From NCBI GenBank assembly GCA_963715335.1, contig CAVQRZ010000025.1, forward strand, positions 64,001 to 128,000: DNA of 64,000 nucleotides. The letters run 5' to 3'. A program made the position numbers and the translations under genes. The DNA comes from an uncultured delta proteobacterium (GTDB lineage Bacteria > Desulfobacterota > Desulfuromonadia > Desulfuromonadales > BM103). The notes under the pieces were generated by a model. It did no database searches. It was not told where the DNA came from and was given only the letters and a program-made list of their open reading frames with translations. Shown here in pieces: positions 18,694 to 28,845 of this stretch (position 1 is its first letter; every line of letters begins with the position of its first letter).

Positions 18694-20094
18694 CTACATA
18701 CCGTAACGCTTGATTTTTTCAACCAGCGTCGTGCGATTTATCTTCAGCAGCGACGCGGCGCGCGCCTTTATGCTGTGCGACTTGTCCATGGCCTGCTGAA
18801 TAAGATTTTTTTCCAGAGATGCGATTGTTTCCATCAGGTCAAGGCCTTCTTCAGGGATACGCAGGACGGGCAGGTGCCCCTTCTCGTCGAGAGTCCCGGC
18901 GATCTGCGGTGGCAGGTCTTGCCGGTCGATGACCTCTCCGTCTGTCAACGCGACAGCCCTTTCGATCACGTTTTCCATTTCACGAACATTGCCGGGCCAG
19001 CCGTAGCTTTCCATTGCTTGCAGTGCCTCGGATGTCAACTCACACATGGGGTGGCGCATGTCTGCGCATATTTTGCGGAGGAAGTGCCTGGCCAGCAAGG
19101 CAATGTCTTCATGGCGTTCCCGCAAGGGGGGGAGGTGAATGGGAATAACGTTCAGCCGATAGAAGAGATCTTCCCGGAACTCGGCACGTCGTACGCGTTC
19201 ATCCAGATCGGAATTTGTTGCCGAGATGACCCGGACGTCAAGCTTGGTTTTACGTATGGAGCCGACCCGTTCCACTTCCTGTTCCTGTAGCACTCGCAGC
19301 AGCTTCATCTGCAGGTGGAGGGGCATCGTGCCTATCTCATCAAGGAAAATCGTCCCACGGTTAGCCAGTTCGAACTTGCCAGGTTTATCGGCGACCGCAC
19401 CTGTAAATGAGCCTCGCACATGGCCGAACAACTCGCTTTCCAGCAGTTCTGAGGGGATTGCTCCACAATTGATTGTGATAAAGGGCTTTTCTTTGCGCGA
19501 CCCGTTGAAGTGGATGGCTCGGGCAACCAGCTCCTTGCCGGTCCCTGATTCACCAAGGATGAGTACGGTTGAGTCGGTATGCAGAATTTTTTCCATGCGG
19601 GAAAAAACCGGCTGGATGGCCGGGCTGTTGCCGATTATGTTGTCAAACTTGTACTTGCCGCGCAATTGCTGGCGTAGGTAGAGGTTTTCGGCAACCAGTC
19701 TGGTTTTTTCAACGGCTTTGGCGACCAGGGTTTTCAGTTTGTCGAAGTTGACGGGCTTGATGATGTAGTCAAAGGCCCCTTCCTTCATCGCCTCGACAGC
19801 TGTTTCGGCGGTCGCGTTGCCGGTAATCAGGATTACGTTGCAGGGGAGGAGCTGCTCCTTGACGTGTTTGAGAATCTCGATGCCGCTCACTCCGGGGAGG
19901 AAAAGATCGGTGATAACAGCATCATAAGTTCTTTTCGCAAGCAACCGCAGGGCCTTTTCACCATCCGAGGCAGTATCTACCTGGTAGCCTTCGTGCTCAA
20001 GGAGCAGAGACAGGCTTTCGCGACTGCCGGGCTCGTCATCTACGAAGAGGATGCGGGCGGCATGTTCCATGGGCGGCTCCGAGTCTTGCGTCAT
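18694..20094 (-). CDS. Sigma54-dependent response regulator (REC-AAA+-Fis HTH, NtrC family)
   Basis: GESGTGKE, ESELFGHVRGSFTGA, FLDEIG, FREDLFYRLNV and WPGNVRE motifs; C-terminal HTH; start 20094 or 20070. Confidence 0.95.
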   Translation of the reverse strand: MTQDSEPPMEHAARILFVDDEPGSRESLSLLLEHEGYQVDTASDGEKALRLLAKRTYDAVITDLFLPGVSGIEILKHVKEQLLPCNVILITGNATAETAVEAMKEGAFDYIIKPVNFDKLKTLVAKAVEKTRLVAENLYLRQQLRGKYKFDNIIGNSPAIQPVFSRMEKILHTDSTVLILGESGTGKELVARAIHFNGSRKEKPFITINCGAIPSELLESELFGHVRGSFTGAVADKPGKFELANRGTIFLDEIGTMPLHLQMKLLRVLQEQEVERVGSIRKTKLDVRVISATNSDLDERVRRAEFREDLFYRLNVIPIHLPPLRERHEDIALLARHFLRKICADMRHPMCELTSEALQAMESYGWPGNVREMENVIERAVALTDGEVIDRQDLPPQIAGTLDEKGHLPVLRIPEEGLDLMETIASLEKNLIQQAMDKSHSIKARAASLLKINRTTLVEKIKRYGM

Positions 20095-20112
20095 GAAATT
20101 GACGATATGGGC

Positions 20113-20141
20113 AAACTAGCATGACGTTTAATGGGTTGCAA
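20113..20141 (-). promoter_or_regulatory. Candidate sigma70 promoter for the sigma54 activator gene
   Basis: Minus strand TTGCAA-17 nt-TAGTTT with a TGn extension. Confidence 0.4.
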
Positions 20142-20444
20142 GGTCTTTCCTGGCTCAACCTGTGTCGTCAGAGCTCAAAATGACTGCTTTCACACGACGG
20201 GTGCCAGATACGGGAAATTCCAATGCGATGTGAGGTAAAAAATATCAGTTAATTCAGTGGCTTGAAAATAGAACAGTTTTTTGCTTGACAGTGTTCATAT
20301 CGATTTGGTTAGAATGCAGCTCGAAAAGCCTGTAAGTGTTTAATTTTGTTATAAAAGTTTATTATAACTAAATATTTTAGCGGGGCTGTTCCGGTTTTAT
20401 CTTCAATAAAATTTATTGACTGTTATCGTCCTCAAGGAGAGCGC

Positions 20445-23400
20445 ATGCCTATCAAAAATTTTCGCAAAGTCATGGCGGCCAACCGTGGTGAAATTGCCAT
20501 CCGCATTTTTCGTGCCTGTACCGAACTTGGCATCAGTACTGTGGCGATCTACTCGGCAGAAGACAAACTGTCCCTGCATCGCTACAAGGCCGATGAAGCT
20601 TACCTGATTGGCAAAGGCAAGGGGCCGATTGATGCCTACCTGAGCATCGATGAGATCATTGATCTGGCACGAAAAAAAGATGTCGATGCCATCCATCCTG
20701 GTTACGGGTTCCTTTCAGAGAACGCCGAATTTGCTGAAGCCTGCGAACGCGCCGGCATTGTTTTCATTGGTCCGACCCCTGAGATGCAACGCCAGATCGG
20801 CGACAAGATTTCCGGCCGCAAGGTCGCTGTGGAGGCAGGCGTCCCTGTTGTCCCTGGCACGGCAGACCCGATCCGTTCAGAAGAAGAGGCGTTGCTGTTT
20901 GCCAAGGGTGCCGGATATCCGATCATCGTCAAGGCGAGTTCCGGTGGTGGTGGACGGGGTATGCGGGTTGCCCAGAACCAGAAGGAACTGCTCGAAGGGC
21001 TCAAGTCTGCCGCTTCGGAGGCCAGGGCGGCCTTCGGTGATGCTACCGTTTTTCTTGAGAAGTTTGTTGAAAAGCCAAAGCATGTTGAAGTGCAGATCCT
21101 GGGTGACAACCACGGCAATATCGTCCATTTCTACGAGCGGGATTGTTCTATCCAGCGCCGCCACCAGAAGGTGATCGAAATTGCACCGTCGCTTTATCTC
21201 AACAGCAAAAAGCGCAAAGAAGTCTGCGACTATGCCTTGGCCCTGGCCAGGCACGTTAACTACCGTAATGCCGGCACGGTCGAGTTCCTCATGGATAAAC
21301 AGGGGAGCTTCTATTTCATCGAAGTGAACCCGCGGATTCAGGTGGAACACACCGTGACGGAGCTGGTGACCATGCGCAACCTCGTGCAGGCACAGATTCG
21401 GGTCGCCCAGGGGTACAAGCTTTCGGATCCCGAGATCGGCATCAAGAGCCAGAAAGATGTCGAGCTGCGTGGTTATGCGATCCAGAGCCGGATTACCACA
21501 GAAGATCCGACCAACAACTTCGCGCCGGATTTTGGCATCATCAAGGCTTACCGCACCGCAGCGGGTTTCGGTGTCCGCCTCGATGCCGCAGCCGGTTATG
21601 CTGGTGCGATCATCACCCCTCACTATGACTCGCTGTTGGTAAAGATCTCGACCTGGGGCCTGACTTTCGGCGATGCATCGCGGACCATGCACCGTGCCTT
21701 GCAGGAATTCCGAATCCGCGGCGTGAAGACCAATATCGGTTTCCTCGAAAAGGTGATTACCCATCCGATTTTCCTTGAGGGCAAGTGTGATACCTCTTTT
21801 CTCGATGAGCATCCCGAGGTTTTCAAACTGCCGGTCAAAAAGGATCGTGCCAACAAGATCCTCAGCCTGATCGGTCATACTACGGTCAATGGCTATCCGG
21901 GCATCAAGCCGGAGAAACGGCTCAATTTCCGTGACCTGCGCGAGCCGGAAATCCCGGAGATCGCCTACGGCAAGCAGCATCCGCGAGGCACCCGCGACAT
22001 TCTGTTGGACAAAGGGCCGAAGGGCCTTGCCACCTGGGCTCGCAAAAATCGGCAGCTGCTGATCACCGATACCACCTGGCGTGATGCCCACCAGTCCCTG
22101 ATGGCGACACGCTTCCGGACTCATGACCTCGACCGCATCGCTGAGGCAACCGCCCATCTCGGCGGTGGCCTCTTCTCCCTTGAGATGTGGGGCGGGGCAA
22201 CCTACGACGTCTCTATGCGGTTCTTGACTGAGGACCCTTGGGAAAGGCTCGAGCGGCTACGCAGGAAGGTGCCGAACATTCTGTTCCAGATGCTGCTGCG
22301 TGGTTCCAACGCGGTCGGCTACACCAATTATCCGGATAACGTTATTCAGGAGTTCACGGTGAAAGCCGCGGAATCGGGGATCGATGTCTTCCGGATTTTC
22401 GACTCGCTGAACTGGACCAAGGGAATGCAGGTGGCAATGGAAGCGGTTAATGAGCGGACCGGTTCTGTGTGCGAGGCGGCGATGTGCTACACCGGCGACA
22501 TCCTTGATCCGAAACGTGACAAGTATCCGCTGCAGTATTACGTCAACCTGGCCAGAGAACTCGAAAATATGGGCGCCCATATCCTGGCGATCAAGGATAT
22601 GGCCGGTCTGCTCAAGCCGTTTGCTGCCGAAAAACTGATCAAGGCGCTCAAGGACGAGGTCGGTATCCCGATTCACCTGCACACCCACGACACTTCGAGC
22701 AATGGTGGTTCCATGTTGATGATGGCCGCCCGAGCCGGAGTCGATATTGTCGATCTGGCGCTTTCATCGGTCTCCGGGTTGACCGCCCAGCCGAATATGA
22801 ACGCACTACTTGCCGCTCTGGAAGGATCGATCTGGGATCCCCAGCTCAATCAGGATGACATGCAGAAGCTGGCGAATTACTGGGAGACGGTACGGACCTA
22901 TTACGCGCCTTTCGAATCGGAACTCCGCAGCGGGACAGCCCAGGTCTATCGTCACGAGATCCCCGGTGGCCAGTATTCCAACTACAAGCCGCAAGTCGAA
23001 GGTCTGGGCCTCGGCGATCGGTGGGAAGAATGCAAGGAGATGTACCGCAAGGTCAATGACATGTTTGGCGATGTGATCAAGGTCACGCCATCATCCAAGA
23101 TCGTCGGCGATATGGCCATGTTCATGGTGCAGAACAACCTTGAACCGAAGGATGTGTTCGAACGCGGTGAAGATCTCGCATTCCCGCAGGGTGTGGTCAA
23201 TTTCTTCAAGGGCATGATTGGCCAGCCGGTCGGTGGCTTCCCCCCGGAGCTACAGAAAATCATCCTCAAGGGAGAGCAGCCGCTCACCTGTCGCCCCGGC
23301 GAACTGCTTGAACCGGTCGATTTTGCCGCCAGGAAAGAAGAACTGCAGGCCAAGCTCGGGCATAACGTCAGCGACCGTGACGTCCTCTCGGCAGTCCTCT

Positions 23401-23900
23401 ACCCGGGCGTCTTCGAGGAATACGACCGTTTCCGCCAGGAGTACAGCGATACATCCTTCCTGCCGACCCCGGTTTTCTTCTATGGACTCGATGTCGGCGA
23501 TGAAGTCAGTATCGATATCGAAGCTGGCAAAACCCTGATTATCAAGCTGAATGCAATCGGCCGCGTACACGAGGATGGTACACGCAATATCTACTTTGAA
23601 CTGAACGGTGAACCGCGCGTGGTCACCGTCAAAGACCTGTCAGTGGAGACTGAAGATGTCAGCCACGAAAAGGCCGACCCTGCCAATGTCAAACATGTTG
23701 CTTCGCCGATGCCGGGCAAGGTTTTCAAGCTGCTTGCAAGCGTAGGAGAGAAGATCTCCGCCGGTGATACCTTGCTTACAACCGAAGCGATGAAGATGGA
23801 AACCAACGTCAAGGCCAAGGTCGACGGCGTTGTTGCCGAAATTCGTTTCGGGGAAGGTGATCAGGTCGGTCAGGGAGACCTGCTTGTCGTCCTCGAATAA
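20445..23900 (+). CDS. pyc: Pyruvate carboxylase
   Basis: Biotin carboxylase (ANRGEIA, HPGYGFLSE, RDCSIQRRHQK), carboxytransferase (RDAHQSL, KDMAG, HLHTHD) and biotinyl (EAMKME) domains. Confidence 0.98.
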   Translation: MPIKNFRKVMAANRGEIAIRIFRACTELGISTVAIYSAEDKLSLHRYKADEAYLIGKGKGPIDAYLSIDEIIDLARKKDVDAIHPGYGFLSENAEFAEACERAGIVFIGPTPEMQRQIGDKISGRKVAVEAGVPVVPGTADPIRSEEEALLFAKGAGYPIIVKASSGGGGRGMRVAQNQKELLEGLKSAASEARAAFGDATVFLEKFVEKPKHVEVQILGDNHGNIVHFYERDCSIQRRHQKVIEIAPSLYLNSKKRKEVCDYALALARHVNYRNAGTVEFLMDKQGSFYFIEVNPRIQVEHTVTELVTMRNLVQAQIRVAQGYKLSDPEIGIKSQKDVELRGYAIQSRITTEDPTNNFAPDFGIIKAYRTAAGFGVRLDAAAGYAGAIITPHYDSLLVKISTWGLTFGDASRTMHRALQEFRIRGVKTNIGFLEKVITHPIFLEGKCDTSFLDEHPEVFKLPVKKDRANKILSLIGHTTVNGYPGIKPEKRLNFRDLREPEIPEIAYGKQHPRGTRDILLDKGPKGLATWARKNRQLLITDTTWRDAHQSLMATRFRTHDLDRIAEATAHLGGGLFSLEMWGGATYDVSMRFLTEDPWERLERLRRKVPNILFQMLLRGSNAVGYTNYPDNVIQEFTVKAAESGIDVFRIFDSLNWTKGMQVAMEAVNERTGSVCEAAMCYTGDILDPKRDKYPLQYYVNLARELENMGAHILAIKDMAGLLKPFAAEKLIKALKDEVGIPIHLHTHDTSSNGGSMLMMAARAGVDIVDLALSSVSGLTAQPNMNALLAALEGSIWDPQLNQDDMQKLANYWETVRTYYAPFESELRSGTAQVYRHEIPGGQYSNYKPQVEGLGLGDRWEECKEMYRKVNDMFGDVIKVTPSSKIVGDMAMFMVQNNLEPKDVFERGEDLAFPQGVVNFFKGMIGQPVGGFPPELQKIILKGEQPLTCRPGELLEPVDFAARKEELQAKLGHNVSDRDVLSAVLYPGVFEEYDRFRQEYSDTSFLPTPVFFYGLDVGDEVSIDIEAGKTLIIKLNAIGRVHEDGTRNIYFELNGEPRVVTVKDLSVETEDVSHEKADPANVKHVASPMPGKVFKLLASVGEKISAGDTLLTTEAMKMETNVKAKVDGVVAEIRFGEGDQVGQGDLLVVLE

Positions 23901-24013
23901 AGAGGAAGGCCGTCAAGTCGTGTGATTGATTACGCTTGGGCATTCAATTTGGTGTGCGCTTTAACTCAAAAAATGGTACATTTGACAACATTTTTCTACT
24001 CAGGGGAGAGAGT

Positions 24014-24487
24014 ATGCCGATAAACTGGTTATTGCTTGGCGGGCATCAAACACAAAAACGCGAGGTCATCTCCGAACAGGATCTTCTTAAGCAGGAAATG
24101 GTTGCGGAGTGTTACTGTCCCAACGGGCATTCGATTCTGACAGATAAAGCCGTCTTCCAGGGGCATCCGGGACTCACCCTAAAGTTGAAAAGTAAAACCA
24201 GTGAAGGCCTCCTGGTCATCAGCCCGTTTATCGGCGATAGAGAGCGTACCTTTATCGATTTTGAGAAGAGGCTTGGAGAGGTCGTCGATATCTGTTGTCC
24301 GACCTGTTCGGAAATCTTTCCGGTGTACAATGTCTGCCCTTGCGGAGCTCACCTGGTTGCCCTCTTTACCTCCAAGAACGCCCATTTTTCGCAATGTATC
24401 GGGATTTGCCAGAGGCTGGGCTGCTTGCATTCCGAGTTACTCAGCGAGCGCGACCTGCGTCTCTACAACCGCCAGGACTATTTTTGA
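24014..24487 (+). CDS. Cysteine-rich hypothetical protein (putative metal-binding)
   Basis: 157 aa with 10 Cys; ATG follows GGGGAGAG; fills the pyc-livK gap. Confidence 0.75.
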   Translation: MPINWLLLGGHQTQKREVISEQDLLKQEMVAECYCPNGHSILTDKAVFQGHPGLTLKLKSKTSEGLLVISPFIGDRERTFIDFEKRLGEVVDICCPTCSEIFPVYNVCPCGAHLVALFTSKNAHFSQCIGICQRLGCLHSELLSERDLRLYNRQDYF

Positions 24488-24617
24488 TCTGCCGATACCT
24501 AACTGCCCAAAATCGTTTATACCTTGACGTAACCAGCGCATTTCTTTTATAACAGGATTCTATGTCCTTCAACCTATAAGTACGATTATTGATCACACAA
24601 AAAACCAAGGAGGCAGT

Positions 24618-25739
24618 ATGCGCAAGTCAGTTATGAAGGGTTTTATTGCTATTGCTCTGGCGAGCATGATTGTTCCGTCAGCCGTTTTTGCTGCAGATAC
24701 GATCAAAATTGGTGTTGCTGGTCCTCACACCGGCGACCTTGCACCTTATGGTCTTCCGACTAAAGATGCTGTCATGATGATTGCTGAGCAGGTAAACGCT
24801 TCAGGTGGTGTGCTTGGCATGCAGATAGAAGTTATGCCGATGGACGACCAGTGCAAGCCGGAAATCGCAACCAGCGCAGCTACCAAACTGGTTTCCCAGG
24901 GAGTTGACATTGTGATCGGCCACGTTTGCTCCGGCGCTACCAAGGCTGCCCTCGGTATCTACAAGGAATCGAGCGTCATCGCTGTTTCCCCTTCCGCAAC
25001 CAATCCACCTCTGACCCAGAGTGGTGATTACCCGAACTTCTACCGTACCATCGCTCCTGATGATGATCAGGGCAAGCTTGCTGCAACTTTCGCGACTGAC
25101 AAGCTTGGCGCCAAGAAGATTGCCATCCTGCACGACAAGGGAGACTATGGTAAAGGTTTTGCTGATTTCTCCCAGGCGGCTATTGAAGCTGGAGGCAAGG
25201 CTGAAGTCGTTCTTTTTGAAGGCGTAACCCCTGGCGCGATGGACTACTCAGCGGTCGTGCAGAAAATCCGCAAAGAAGGCGCTGACGCGGTTATCTTTGG
25301 TGGCTACCATCCGGAAGCTTCCAAGCTGGTCGGGCAGATGAATAAGAAGCGCGTCAAGGTCCCTTTCATCGGGCCTGATGGTGTTAAGGGTGATGGTTTC
25401 CTCGAGATCGCGGGCGCCGACGCTGAAGGCGTTTATGCAACAGGTCCGATGGATGTGTCTGCCCTTGCCGGAAACAAGCAAGCCAAGGACGACTACGTTG
25501 CCAAGTACGGTAAAGAGCCAGGCACTTTCTTTGACCAGGGCTATGCCGCGATGCAATCGGTCCTGAACGCTATCAAAGTCTCCGGTGGAACTGATTATGC
25601 CGGTCTGGAGAAAGCCCTGAAAAGCTCTTATGTTGATACCGCCGTTGGCAAGATCAAGTTTGATGACAAGGGCGACGCTGAAGGTGTTGGCTTCTCCGTA
25701 TTCCAGGTGCAAAGTGGTAAATTCGTCGAGCTGAAGTAA
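24618..25739 (+). CDS. livK: Branched-chain amino acid ABC transporter substrate-binding protein (LivK/LivJ)
   Basis: Signal peptide; IKIGVAGP.TG, VIGH.CSG, SPSATNP and FGGYHPE motifs; heads the livHMGF operon. Confidence 0.9.
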   Translation: MRKSVMKGFIAIALASMIVPSAVFAADTIKIGVAGPHTGDLAPYGLPTKDAVMMIAEQVNASGGVLGMQIEVMPMDDQCKPEIATSAATKLVSQGVDIVIGHVCSGATKAALGIYKESSVIAVSPSATNPPLTQSGDYPNFYRTIAPDDDQGKLAATFATDKLGAKKIAILHDKGDYGKGFADFSQAAIEAGGKAEVVLFEGVTPGAMDYSAVVQKIRKEGADAVIFGGYHPEASKLVGQMNKKRVKVPFIGPDGVKGDGFLEIAGADAEGVYATGPMDVSALAGNKQAKDDYVAKYGKEPGTFFDQGYAAMQSVLNAIKVSGGTDYAGLEKALKSSYVDTAVGKIKFDDKGDAEGVGFSVFQVQSGKFVELK

Positions 25740-25764
25740 TTGGCCGGATACGAAAAAGCAAAAA

Positions 25765-25799
25765 CGGGGGACAGGCTTGCCTGTCCCCCGCATTATTTT
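25765..25799 (+). terminator. Stem-loop between livK and livH (partial terminator or mRNA stabiliser)
   Basis: CGGGGGACAGG-cttg-CCTGTCCCCCG followed by cattatttt. Confidence 0.6.
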
Positions 25800-25914
25800 G
25801 TCCAAGATATAATTGTCAGCTTTGCTCTTTTGGCTTTGTGCCAGCCGCGCCCTTTGACGGGGTTGCGGGCCGGTTTCCCGGCTTAAATTATTTTAGAGAG
25901 TTCTGGACACAACC

Positions 25915-26817
25915 ATGGATTATTTTCTTGAGCTATTCCTGAGCGGACTGACCAGGGGCAGTATCTATGCCCTGATTGCTCTTGGTTACACGATGGTGTA
26001 CGGCATCATTCAACTGATAAATTTCGCTCATGGTGAAATTTACATGATCGGTGCTTTTGTGGCTTTGGTCGTTTCAGGGGTCCTGACGATCTACGGCTTC
26101 TCTGGCGCCTCCATACTGATCCTGGCGGCATTGATCGCGATTATCTACTCAGCCGCTTACGGTTATACTCTGGAAAAGATAGCTTATCGTCCCTTGCGCA
26201 ACGCACCGCGTCTGTCACCGTTGATCAGCGCGATCGGCATGTCACTATTCCTGCAAAACTATGTCTTGTTGGCACAAACGGCCGACTTCCTGCCTTTCCC
26301 GGCACTCGTCCCTGATTTTGCATTCATGGAGCCGATCGCTCATATCATGGGATCTTCTGAACTGGTTATCCTGATTACCAGCGCAGTCACCATGATCGGG
26401 CTGACACTGCTTATCAAATATACGCGTATTGGCAAGGCCATGCGTGCCACCCAGCAGGATATGGTCATGGCTCGCCTCACCGGGATAAATGTCGACCGGG
26501 TTATCTCGGTTACCTTTATTATCGGTTCGGTGCTGGCGGCCATCGCCGGGGTCCTGGTTGGCTCATATATCGGCCAGATCAACTACTTCATCGGCTTCAT
26601 GGCGGGCGTCAAGGCATTTACCGCGGCGGTTCTTGGCGGCATCGGCAATATCCCTGGTGCTGCGCTTGGCGGGCTTGTGCTTGGCTTGGCCGAAGCGATG
26701 GCTGCAGGCTACATCTCGAGCGCCTATGAAGATGTCTTCGCTTTTGGTGTGCTGGTCCTGATCCTCATTCTTCGTCCTTCCGGGTTGCTCGGCAAGGCCC
26801 TTAAGCAGAAGGTTTGA
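25915..26817 (+). CDS. livH: Branched-chain amino acid ABC permease
   Basis: GSIYALIALGYTMVYGI..INFAHGE and KAFTAAVLGGIG motifs. Confidence 0.93.
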   Translation: MDYFLELFLSGLTRGSIYALIALGYTMVYGIIQLINFAHGEIYMIGAFVALVVSGVLTIYGFSGASILILAALIAIIYSAAYGYTLEKIAYRPLRNAPRLSPLISAIGMSLFLQNYVLLAQTADFLPFPALVPDFAFMEPIAHIMGSSELVILITSAVTMIGLTLLIKYTRIGKAMRATQQDMVMARLTGINVDRVISVTFIIGSVLAAIAGVLVGSYIGQINYFIGFMAGVKAFTAAVLGGIGNIPGAALGGLVLGLAEAMAAGYISSAYEDVFAFGVLVLILILRPSGLLGKALKQKV

Positions 26818-28049
26818 TGGCGATGATCTCCTATCTGAAAAGCTCCCTGATTGCTGCCGTCTGGTTCGTCTTCCTGACCTTTCCGTTGATGGTTGTCAAA
26901 GTTAATACACTGAAAAGTACAGTTGAGTGGCGTTGGCTGAATATTCTGTGGGTTGCCATCGGTGCATTCATCCTGTCGGCAGTCTGGCGCTGGGCGATGG
27001 AGAAAAGGGCGAGAGGGGCAAGGCAGAGAGAGCAGGACGTTAGCGGTGAGGAGAAAATGGGTCTCGGCCAACGGTTTCTGGAAGACCCGAAGCTCAATCG
27101 CCCTGTGATTGGTGTTGTCGTTGCCCTGGCTTTGCTGATGCCGTGGGTTTCGGAGATGTACCAGGTGACGATCTGGGTTTTTGCCCTGATCTACGTTGTC
27201 CTAGGTTTAGGCCTCAATATTACGGTCGGTCTGGCGGGTTTACTCGATCTTGGTTACGTCGCTTTCTTCGGTGTCGGTGCGTACACCTACGCAATTCTCA
27301 ATACACGCTTCGGCCTCGATTTCTGGATATGTCTGCCGATCGGTGGCCTGACCGGTGCCCTGGTCGGTGTTTTGCTCGGATTCCCGATTCTGCGCCTGCG
27401 GGGTGATTACCTCGCAATTGTCACACTGGGCTTTGGCTCTATTGCCAAAATCGTCTACGAGAATTGGGAAGGGGTTTTTAACGGTGCCAAAGGCATTGAA
27501 AAAATCGCCCGCCCTGGATTCTTCGGCATACAGATGGATATAAGTGCTGCCACGACATTCACCTATTACCTGATGCTGGTTATGGTGGTTTTTACAATCT
27601 TTGTCACAAATCGACTCAAGGATTCACGGATAGGCAGGGCCTGGATGGCCTTGCGTGAAGACGAAATTGCCTGTGTTGCGATGGGTGTCGATATGGCAAA
27701 AACCAAGCTGTCAGCTTATGCCCTGGGCGCTTTCTGGGCTGGACTGGTCGGGGTGATCTTTGCCTCACAAACGACTTATATCAACCCGGCCAGTTTTGAC
27801 TTTATGCTCTCTGCCATTGTCTTGTCGATGGTTGTGCTTGGTGGCATGGGTTCTATTGTCGGGGTTGTTATCGCTGCCCTGGTCCTGAACCTGTTGCCTG
27901 AATATCTGCGTGCCTTTGAAGATTATCGGATGCTGGTATTCGGTGCAGTCATGGTTCTGATGATGTTGTTCCGTCCGCAGGGGTTGGTCGCAAACGTGAG
28001 AAGGACCTATACACACGGTAAGGTCCGGGCGGAGGAAGCTAATGGCTGA
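26817..28049 (+). CDS. livM: Branched-chain amino acid ABC permease
   Basis: GLNI.VGLAGLLDLGYVAF, LRLRGDYLAIVTLGFG and GRAW.ALREDE motifs; TGATG overlap with livH. Confidence 0.93.
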   Translation: MAMISYLKSSLIAAVWFVFLTFPLMVVKVNTLKSTVEWRWLNILWVAIGAFILSAVWRWAMEKRARGARQREQDVSGEEKMGLGQRFLEDPKLNRPVIGVVVALALLMPWVSEMYQVTIWVFALIYVVLGLGLNITVGLAGLLDLGYVAFFGVGAYTYAILNTRFGLDFWICLPIGGLTGALVGVLLGFPILRLRGDYLAIVTLGFGSIAKIVYENWEGVFNGAKGIEKIARPGFFGIQMDISAATTFTYYLMLVMVVFTIFVTNRLKDSRIGRAWMALREDEIACVAMGVDMAKTKLSAYALGAFWAGLVGVIFASQTTYINPASFDFMLSAIVLSMVVLGGMGSIVGVVIAALVLNLLPEYLRAFEDYRMLVFGAVMVLMMLFRPQGLVANVRRTYTHGKVRAEEANG

Positions 28050-28845
28050 GACTGCGCAGAAACTGCTTGAAGTCAATGAATTAACTATGGATTTTGGTGG
28101 CTTGCGGGCCGTCGACAGTATCACGCTTGAAGTCTGTGCCGGGGAGATTGTTGCCCTGATCGGCCCGAACGGCGCAGGGAAGACAACATTCTTCAACTGT
28201 GTGACCGGGATTTACAAGCCTACCCGTGGCGAAATTCTGGTGCATGCCCCCGGGCAAAAGACCCAGAAAATAAATAATTTTAAACCCAACCGTGTCACTG
28301 CGATAGGCATGGCCCGGACTTTTCAGAATATCCGCTTGTTCCAGAACATGACGGTTCTTGAGAATGTCATGATTGGCCGGCATTGTCGCACAACAACCAG
28401 TATCCTTGGCGCGATCTTGCGCGGCAGCAAGACCAACCGCCAGGAGCGGGAAACGATTGACCGGAGTTATGACCTTCTTGAAAAAGTCGGGCTGGTTGAC
28501 TATGCCGATGAATTTGCCAAGAACCTTCCTTATGGAGCGCAACGACGTCTCGAGATTGCCCGTGCCATGGCAACGGACCCCTTCCTGCTGCTCCTTGATG
28601 AGCCTGCTGCAGGTATGAACCCGCACGAAACCAAGGCTCTTGATGAATTGATTGTCCGTATCAGGGATAAAGAAAATATCTCCATTTTGTTGATAGAGCA
28701 TGACATGAAGCTGGTTATGAATATCTCTGAACGTATCTATGTCATGGAGTACGGCAAGAAGATCGCACATGGTTCCCCGCAGGAAATTCGCAGTAATCCA
28801 AAGGTGATTGAAGCCTACCTCGGCGAGGGAGGCGATGATGCTTAA
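28042..28845 (+). CDS. livG: Branched-chain amino acid ABC ATPase
   Basis: GPNGAGKTT, RTFQNIRLF, LPYG.QRRLEIARA and LDEPAAG motifs. Confidence 0.93.
   Translation: MAETAQKLLEVNELTMDFGGLRAVDSITLEVCAGEIVALIGPNGAGKTTFFNCVTGIYKPTRGEILVHAPGQKTQKINNFKPNRVTAIGMARTFQNIRLFQNMTVLENVMIGRHCRTTTSILGAILRGSKTNRQERETIDRSYDLLEKVGLVDYADEFAKNLPYGAQRRLEIARAMATDPFLLLLDEPAAGMNPHETKALDELIVRIRDKENISILLIEHDMKLVMNISERIYVMEYGKKIAHGSPQEIRSNPKVIEAYLGEGGDDA

Noticed and set aside
20877..22157. Long antisense ORFs (e.g. 426 aa opposite pyc; 307 aa opposite coaBC; 283 aa opposite accA and argC; 272 aa opposite leuB)
   Set aside because: They are shadow ORFs of conserved GC3-rich genes with no recognisable motifs.
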